Shown one piece after another: positions 57,556 to 64,000 of a stretch of 64,000 bases of DNA. Source of the DNA: Histomonas meleagridis 2922-C6/04-290x (Eukaryota > Protista > Parabasalia); the NCBI GenBank assembly GCA_020184695.1, contig JAANOX010000042.1:310001-374000 (forward strand). Direction: 5' to 3'. The notes beneath the pieces were generated by a model that made no database searches, was not told the DNA's origin, and saw only the letters and a list, made by a program, of their open reading frames with translations. Made by a program: the position numbers and the translations under genes. Position 1 is the stretch's first letter. Each line of letters starts with the position of its first letter.

Positions 57556-57908
57556 TATAGACTGCCGTGAAAAAGCTGTAGACCAACAACAAAATTGTAA
57601 ATAAATCATAAATTTTTATAGAGTTTGTTCGCAAATAGAAATTTTAACATATGTTCATTCACAAAAACATGAATTAATTAAAACGGGAACTACATTTGAT
57701 CGTTTTTAACAGAAATACCATTCAAAAAATTGTATTTTTGTGCTAACGTTCTCCATAGTGAAGTGAGTGAAAAAAAGGAATCACAAAATTAAGACAAAAA
57801 AAATTTGTTGGGTATATATTGCTAAATATGTTCTCTGTGGATAATGCTACAGTGTAGGCATAGGATATAATAAGGTGTTGGTCTACAGGTTTTTCATTGC
57901 AGTCTATA
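57556..57908. mobile_element. MITE-like element with 33-nt inverted termini
   Basis: TATAGACTGCCGTGAAAAAGCTGTAGACCAACA at 57556-57588 matches the reverse complement of 57876-57908 with 3 mismatches. TA at both outer ends. Confidence 0.75.
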
Positions 57909-58299
57909 GTCAATAATTTGTGCTGTTTACGTTTCAAATGATTATTAATAATCGCTTTTTGGAGATTTGAAGTTGTAACCCATCCATAACTCCCTCAAAA
58001 TGACTGTTTTCAGGATAATATTTTTAATAAAGGTGAATTGACGGCATGAGTTATTCTTGGTTGCTTCAAAGCACAAAAAGAGTTTTATAAAGCATAAATA
58101 ATCCATGTGAAATTTTATTATAAATTCTTTTGAATGGAATGTTTCAAATTGCTTATCGAAAATCAGATAAAATACAAAGATTATGTTTTATATTATCTGT
58201 TCGCTTATAGGTTTCATATCATTCCTAATAAAACTATTCAAACAATCTAAAAAAAATAATTATTTTGTTATAATTTTATTCATACATTACAAAAAGTTC

Positions 58300-59892
58300 T
58301 TAATTAACTCTTTTGATTTTTTGGAGATCAAACGAGTTATTAAGTAAGAATATTATGTCTTGGTAATTCTGATCACACTGATGCACAGTTGCCTTTTTTA
58401 ATCTATTAAAATATCTTTGCATCAGCACAGTATCATGGAACTTTTCCGCTATTGCCTCTTTTTGCTTTGGCACCACATAAGTAGCATTATAAAAAGCACA
58501 AAAATATCTCTTCAAAGTTATTTTTCGATAATATTCATTTGCTTTTATGTTATTCATTTGAATATAATTTCTCCATTCATTAAAAACATTTTGTTGAATT
58601 TTATGTCTTCGAAATATTATCGCTTTCATATTATTTCTTCTGATACAAATAATTGTTCTTTTATGCCATGTTTTGAATGTCCAACGCTTTAAACACTTAT
58701 TCACAACTTTAGATTTTATATAATTAATTTCATTTCGCTCAACATAATTTTCCCATTCGATTTTCCATTTCGAAAAACAACGAGAAAGTTTAAGTGATGA
58801 ACATATCATTATACATTCGCTTTTTTGTCGACTTCTTTGGACATAAAGTCTCCAAATATTAAAATATGTTTTTTTAGTTTCCATTTCTTTGATTAGAATA
58901 AACTCTTTAAAAATAACAAAAAATTGTTTTTGTAGTATTATTTCGCGTTTGTGTATTAGTTCATCATATTTCATTTTCATTTTGACAATGAATTCCCAGC
59001 GATGAATTAACTTTTGTTCTCTTTTCCGCAAAATGATTTTATATTTTCGTTTCATTTTGTTAAATGTTTTCATTAGAATTCGAAAGTTTTGGTTTTTCAT
59101 TATTGTCGATGCTGATATAGTTAAAATTCGTTCTTTATCGAATTGTTCTTTCCATTGAACAAAGTATCGATTAAGCATTCGTGTGTTCTTTGGAATTTTT
59201 CTTGTTCGATGAATAAAAAGTATTTTCCATTGTTCAAATGAAGATGTTAATGAAATCAAATTATGCGATTGAATAACTTTTAGACGAGATTTATTTAGAA
59301 TGCGATTACGAAGTTTTTGTTTCCATAAATGAAAAAAATGGCGCTTACAAATACGTTTGGATTTTTGGGAAGCGCGAAAAAAAAGTTTTTGATTGTTCAT
59401 TTGATGGATCCATTGATTGAATGCAATTTCACAAATGTGTTTGTCGATTTTACGTTTAAGACTGCTTTGAAGGGATGTACATCTCCAATAGTTAATAGCT
59501 TTAATAAGTTTGAGTTGAAATTTTTCTTTTTGTGATCTACGAATTTTTGTAAAATTCTTCCAGATGTTAAAATTGTACTTAACTATCGAATTTATTTTCG
59601 AGTTATATCTATTTTTCCATTTTTTTATTGTGATTTTTAAAATTATAAAATCATATATTATTAAATTATTTAAATCTTCTGCTTTTCTTTTTGCCCTTGA
59701 AACAGCAATTTGGTTCCATGAATTAAAAGTTTGATATAAAATTGAATTATGATCAACAAATTTATTTCCGCATTGATAATATGAAAATCCGCCAAAATTA
59801 ATTAAAATAGGTAAGCAATCATTCTCCTTTTGTAATAAATCGGAACAAAATGATTCCCAGTCATTAATATCTACGGATTCGCCATTTTCCAT
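58300..59892 (-). CDS. Sfi1-like (centrin-binding) repeat protein
   Basis: Basic helical protein with recurrent F..W(K/R) motifs (AFNQW, FHLWK, FEQWK, FVQWK, FNIWR, FSKWK, FKTWH, FNEWR). Confidence 0.5.
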   Translation of the reverse strand: MENGESVDINDWESFCSDLLQKENDCLPILINFGGFSYYQCGNKFVDHNSILYQTFNSWNQIAVSRAKRKAEDLNNLIIYDFIILKITIKKWKNRYNSKINSIVKYNFNIWKNFTKIRRSQKEKFQLKLIKAINYWRCTSLQSSLKRKIDKHICEIAFNQWIHQMNNQKLFFRASQKSKRICKRHFFHLWKQKLRNRILNKSRLKVIQSHNLISLTSSFEQWKILFIHRTRKIPKNTRMLNRYFVQWKEQFDKERILTISASTIMKNQNFRILMKTFNKMKRKYKIILRKREQKLIHRWEFIVKMKMKYDELIHKREIILQKQFFVIFKEFILIKEMETKKTYFNIWRLYVQRSRQKSECIMICSSLKLSRCFSKWKIEWENYVERNEINYIKSKVVNKCLKRWTFKTWHKRTIICIRRNNMKAIIFRRHKIQQNVFNEWRNYIQMNNIKANEYYRKITLKRYFCAFYNATYVVPKQKEAIAEKFHDTVLMQRYFNRLKKATVHQCDQNYQDIIFLLNNSFDLQKIKRVN

Positions 59893-60348
59893 TAATTTTG
59901 TACGTTTAAAAAATCTTCGATTTTATTGTTTATAATAAGATAAATAAAAAAAAAAAAAAGAAAAAAAATGAGTTTTACGAACAACATTTGCCACTTGCAA
60001 AGGTGTGTCCCATGATATAAGACCTGTATTAATTATTTAGAAGATCAATGAATTAAAATCTTATCATAATGTTTTTGATTTAGTTCCAACGTATACTTTT
60101 TAATGCGAAGATATTAGTGATCATATTTTCGAAGCAAAGTCATTGCGATTTACTTATTATATTTGAAATTTTTTATATTCATTTTCTGTTAAATATTACA
60201 TTTTTGCAATCTTAAAAGTAGTAGCTAGGAAGCATAGGCTCACATTAAAGAGGAGGGGTCATTTCACTCATTTTTGAGGAAATATTTTTGAATTCGCCTG
60301 TATTTTTTTTTTGTGTTGAAATTGCGGTTAAAGACAGTTTGAGCTAAA

Positions 60349-60957
60349 ATGGCATACAAAGACGAAGGAAAGGCTTCTTTAAAAGTCATTTTAGTTGGTT
60401 CCTCTGGCGTCGGAAAAACGTCACTTATTAGTGCATTTTTTGATAACCCGTTTGAAAACCAAGAATTATCAACAGTTGCTCCAGCTTCATGTACTGCAAC
60501 AATCACATTAGATGATGGTGCTAAGGTCAACCTTCAAATATGGGATACAGCAGGGCAAGAAAAGTTCCAATCTATTTCTCAAATGTTTTATCGTGATTCA
60601 AACGTTGCTTTTGTATGTTATGATCACGAGCGGGACAACACAATTGAAGAGTGGGTCAATAGAGTAAGAAACAGTGTTCCTGAATGTAAGATTTTTTTGG
60701 TTACAACAAAATCAGATTTACTTACACAAGAACAACAAACCGAATGCGTTGAAAAAGGAAACGAATATCTCCAACGATATGGTGCTTGTATACATCTTTT
60801 AACTTCAGCATGTTCTGGTTTTGGTGTTAAAGAACTTTTTCAAGAAGCCGCAAAATATTATAACGAAATCAACTCGACAGTAACTGAGAAAAAAAACACT
60901 ATTGATATCAATGATAAAAATAATAACCAAGGGGCCGGTGGTAAAAAGTGTTGCTAG
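60349..60957 (+). CDS. Divergent Rab-family small GTPase
   Basis: GSSGVGKTS, WDTAGQE, TKSD, TSA, C-terminal CC prenylation motif. Confidence 0.92.
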   Translation: MAYKDEGKASLKVILVGSSGVGKTSLISAFFDNPFENQELSTVAPASCTATITLDDGAKVNLQIWDTAGQEKFQSISQMFYRDSNVAFVCYDHERDNTIEEWVNRVRNSVPECKIFLVTTKSDLLTQEQQTECVEKGNEYLQRYGACIHLLTSACSGFGVKELFQEAAKYYNEINSTVTEKKNTIDINDKNNNQGAGGKKCC

Positions 60958-61798
60958 TAAACATTTTTGTCCAATTTCTTTGTTTATTTAATTCATCAAT
61001 TTTTGGATTAATGCAAAATGTGTTTGGCACATTAAAAGAGCAGAACGCCAAAGCGATTGAGTAATTGGAAATGAATAACCATTTTTTGTATGTTTTCATT
61101 TGGCGTTAATATCATAGTTGATAATATGTAACAAGAAAAAAGAAAAAAGTTTTAAATGAACAATAGTATCAATAGTAAAGAAAGTCAATTTAAATATTTC
61201 ATCACAAAAATATATGTGATATCTATATAAGCAATGGTAGAAACATAAAATTATTATTATAAACAACAGTTCTAACAAACTTCGGAAAATTATAAATATA
61301 TTACAGATGTAGGAAACATGTTTTATATCATCACCGCTTTTTATACTAACTGTAAGCATATACATCAATTTAAAATGAAATAACAAATGCTTTCTTTAAA
61401 CATTTGATGAAAAATAAATTAATGCTCCTATTAACTCATAAAGATTTTCATTTATAATTATTTCATCATTTTCTTTAAATAAATATATTTCATAATTACA
61501 AGAAGAAACGCATTTTTTAACTAAATAATTAATATTTTAAAAATATTTATTTAAGTCATAATATATATTATAATGAAGTATAATTAAAAGAACTTAGTGT
61601 GAACTGTATTAACTACTCTATATTTATATTATTTAACTTGCCAATGGTGTTTTGAGTTGGCACAAAGCCATGAAGGCATTTTTCTTATTCTACATTAGCT
61701 GATATCTGTGCCATTTGTGAAATATCTATTTTCTGCCTGAAAGTGTTGATACACATTCAAAGTTTTATCAAAAGTGGGATTCTTGACGGTTATATTCT

Positions 61799-63151
61799 TT
61801 GCACCCACCTCAAAAACCGTCGTTTGACGTCAAGCATTTAATGCTCTATCAGAACTCAGTCATCAACGAAATTCAAAGCATAGTTCAAAACCCATCAACG
61901 CGGCTTGACGACGTCCTTTCAATTGATTACATTCCTAAAGCTGTTTTAACAAAATATCCTCCATTAATCAAATATCTTCAAAAAAATTCCAAAACTCTTT
62001 TAAAACTTGCTCTCTCCGAAGAAGAAAGCAAGGTTTCTATTATTTCTTATTCAATTTTATTATCAAATAATCCAGATATTCTTGGTGCAATGTTTGACAA
62101 CTATTATTACCGTGACTTGGTTTCTAGCTTGCTATCTAATGCCACAACTTCAGATGTTGTAATTGGTCGTATTGCATCGATCACTTTATCATGTTTTATT
62201 GCGTTTCCTGAAGTAGCATTTGAGAACTTCGGTTTTATTTATCGGCTTCTTCAGCATTGCGACAACTCTGCAGTTTTTAATTTATTTCAAACCATATGTT
62301 CTGCTGAACCACGTTTTACAAATGCCCATGTTTGGCTTGATCAAATTGGTCTTTCTGAGTATATTCTTCGTGAGTTTAACTCTGCTGATTATTCATATGT
62401 ACCAACCGATCCCAATTTTCTTAAAGATAAGAAATTTGTAAATCTTTTTTGTCTTTACAAACTTTCTTCCACATGTTCCGAAAACTCCACCCTTCGTAGC
62501 TCCTTCGAGACCGAGTCTTTTGTCCTTGTTCTTGCTAAAGAGCCAACTTTTTCGCCTACTCTTCTTCTTAACTCTAAGTGGAAGACCGTTAACGCGCTCA
62601 CTTCCTCTGTCACTTCACAATTCATGTATCAACATCTATATGAGAAAGCCATTAACATTATCATTGAACCCTTTGAACATTTATGTGAATATCATGTTAG
62701 TATTATTGAGTTTATTAGTAAGATGATGCGTTTATATCCACAAACGCTTGAAACCATCAAACAAAAATCAATTTTACAAATCATTATAAGCATTTTCTTG
62801 AAGTTCCGCGATTCAACATTACTTCATGACTCAATAATCGACTTCATTAAAACGGGCCTCGAAGATAACGAATTTTCGGTGCAAATCACATTAAACCTTC
62901 TTCAGCTAATGATCGATTACGCAAACGATCGAACAAATCGAATTTTCAGCTGCTTTTGCTTTAGAGTCATCGACACTTTCATCGAAAAGGCAAAAAGCTC
63001 AAAGGAAATTAAGGAAATACTCAACGAAACGCCCGAATACACAAACTTCGTAAGGAACTCGCTGGCGCCGAGGAAGAAGTTGATGGAAACACCGTACGGA
63101 GTGGAGCCAGTCGGCGGTAAGTTCCTGGAGACACTCAAGAGCTTGTTCTGA
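61799..63151 (+). CDS. Hypothetical helical-repeat protein, possibly SAPS/PP6R-like
   Basis: Long ORF whose N-terminal LDDVLS...LIKYL resembles the SAPS start (weak). First ATG at 61841. Confidence 0.55.
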   Translation: MHPPQKPSFDVKHLMLYQNSVINEIQSIVQNPSTRLDDVLSIDYIPKAVLTKYPPLIKYLQKNSKTLLKLALSEEESKVSIISYSILLSNNPDILGAMFDNYYYRDLVSSLLSNATTSDVVIGRIASITLSCFIAFPEVAFENFGFIYRLLQHCDNSAVFNLFQTICSAEPRFTNAHVWLDQIGLSEYILREFNSADYSYVPTDPNFLKDKKFVNLFCLYKLSSTCSENSTLRSSFETESFVLVLAKEPTFSPTLLLNSKWKTVNALTSSVTSQFMYQHLYEKAINIIIEPFEHLCEYHVSIIEFISKMMRLYPQTLETIKQKSILQIIISIFLKFRDSTLLHDSIIDFIKTGLEDNEFSVQITLNLLQLMIDYANDRTNRIFSCFCFRVIDTFIEKAKSSKEIKEILNETPEYTNFVRNSLAPRKKLMETPYGVEPVGGKFLETLKSLF

Positions 63152-63801
63152 GTTGTTGTATTTTTAGTGATGGTTATAAATAAAAAATATTTATACGCTG
63201 AAACATCGAATTATGCGTTTTTAAGGTTAAAATTATATTTTTATTAATGATAAATGTAAATTAAAATATAAAACGACCAAAGAGGATAACAAATTATTTT
63301 TTGATAGATAAAAATTTTCATTCTTTTACTTAAATTTAAAAACATATATTTTCTTCATTTATGGGTAATATTTAATATGAGAAATTATCTAATTAAAAAT
63401 ATTAAATATATAAATAAAATCATTAATACTTTGCTGTTTATAATATTCTTTTAAATTTTATTGAATACCAAGTTATTATTCATTAAATATAATTTATTAA
63501 GAATCCATGAAAAACTGTATATCTCACGATAGACTGTCTACCGTGATAAGAATGTCTTGTAAAGAGGAATATTTGCGACAGATATATCAAAATAACATCA
63601 TTAATAAATGTTAATTAATATCATTGTGTTTCACTCACTTTTTTGAACAGTCTATCATTTAAGATAATTATCATTTTAGTGCAAATGTAAAAATTAATAT
63701 CTTCTTGTGCAGGATCATTATATATTTCTCATACATTTCTCCGTATTTATATTAAAGTTTCTCTGCTTCTTTAAACTTCTAAATAATGTAATAAATTTTC
63801 T

Positions 63802-64000
63802 TTATAAATCAGATAACTTAATTCTCGGCGCTATTCCCATACTCATCAATTCCTGGAACAGCAGCTTGCAAGCGTACGGCATTCTGACTGTTTTCATGTA
63901 TTTCTTCGTTTTGCATTCCTGGCAGAATCCGTCGTATCCAATGAGTCCGCAGTGCTCGCACACCGACGCCTCGTACACGTCGCTCGACAGCAGCATTCTC
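63802..64000 (-). CDS. RPC2: 3' end of RNA polymerase III second-largest subunit (runs off the window)
   Basis: LLSSD...VCEHCGLIGYDGFCQEC...MPYACKLLFQELMSMGIAPRIKL. The zinc-finger spacing is RPC2-like. Confidence 0.8.
   Translation of the reverse strand, partial: RMLLSSDVYEASVCEHCGLIGYDGFCQECKTKKYMKTVRMPYACKLLFQELMSMGIAPRIKLSDL

Noticed and set aside
61096-61386. Hydrophobic AT-rich ORF (also 39042-39308, 55179-55409, 22938-23189)
   Set aside because: F/I/L/Y/K/N composition typical of random AT-rich DNA, no motif recognised.

Overview
Very AT-rich, gene-dense eukaryotic DNA, inferred to come from a parabasalid protist (Tritrichomonas/Trichomonas-like). The inference rests on TCA(T/C)(T/A) Inr-like starts, intron-free housekeeping genes, BspA and DUF3447-type ankyrin families, a divergent Rab and a mariner element. 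About 30 ordinary genes are present, including a BEACH protein, ICMT, delta-tubulin, THOC2, an H2A/H2B pair, CCT7, CCT1, a TBC GAP, a PPase, a BTB protein, kinases including CK2 alpha, RluA, a USP, a Rab and the 3' end of RPC2. There is also a dead mariner inserted in a BspA gene, a TA-flanked MITE and a 2.8-kb 41-bp satellite. The stand-out is a family of ankyrin-repeat genes and orphan cassettes at five places in the window. Each 30-codon ankyrin module is separated from the next by a homologous AT-rich spacer, usually 80 nt (170-nt period). The spacers shift frame and/or contain stop codons and have no frame-restoring GT-AG or AT-AC ends. At 35650-38693 all ten modules are open, vary at the ankyrin binding positions and end in a clean terminal repeat. 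This suggests, but does not prove, that the spacers are removed or skipped by a non-canonical mechanism. No tRNA, rRNA or CRISPR array could be supported. All annotation is by eye with no database searches.
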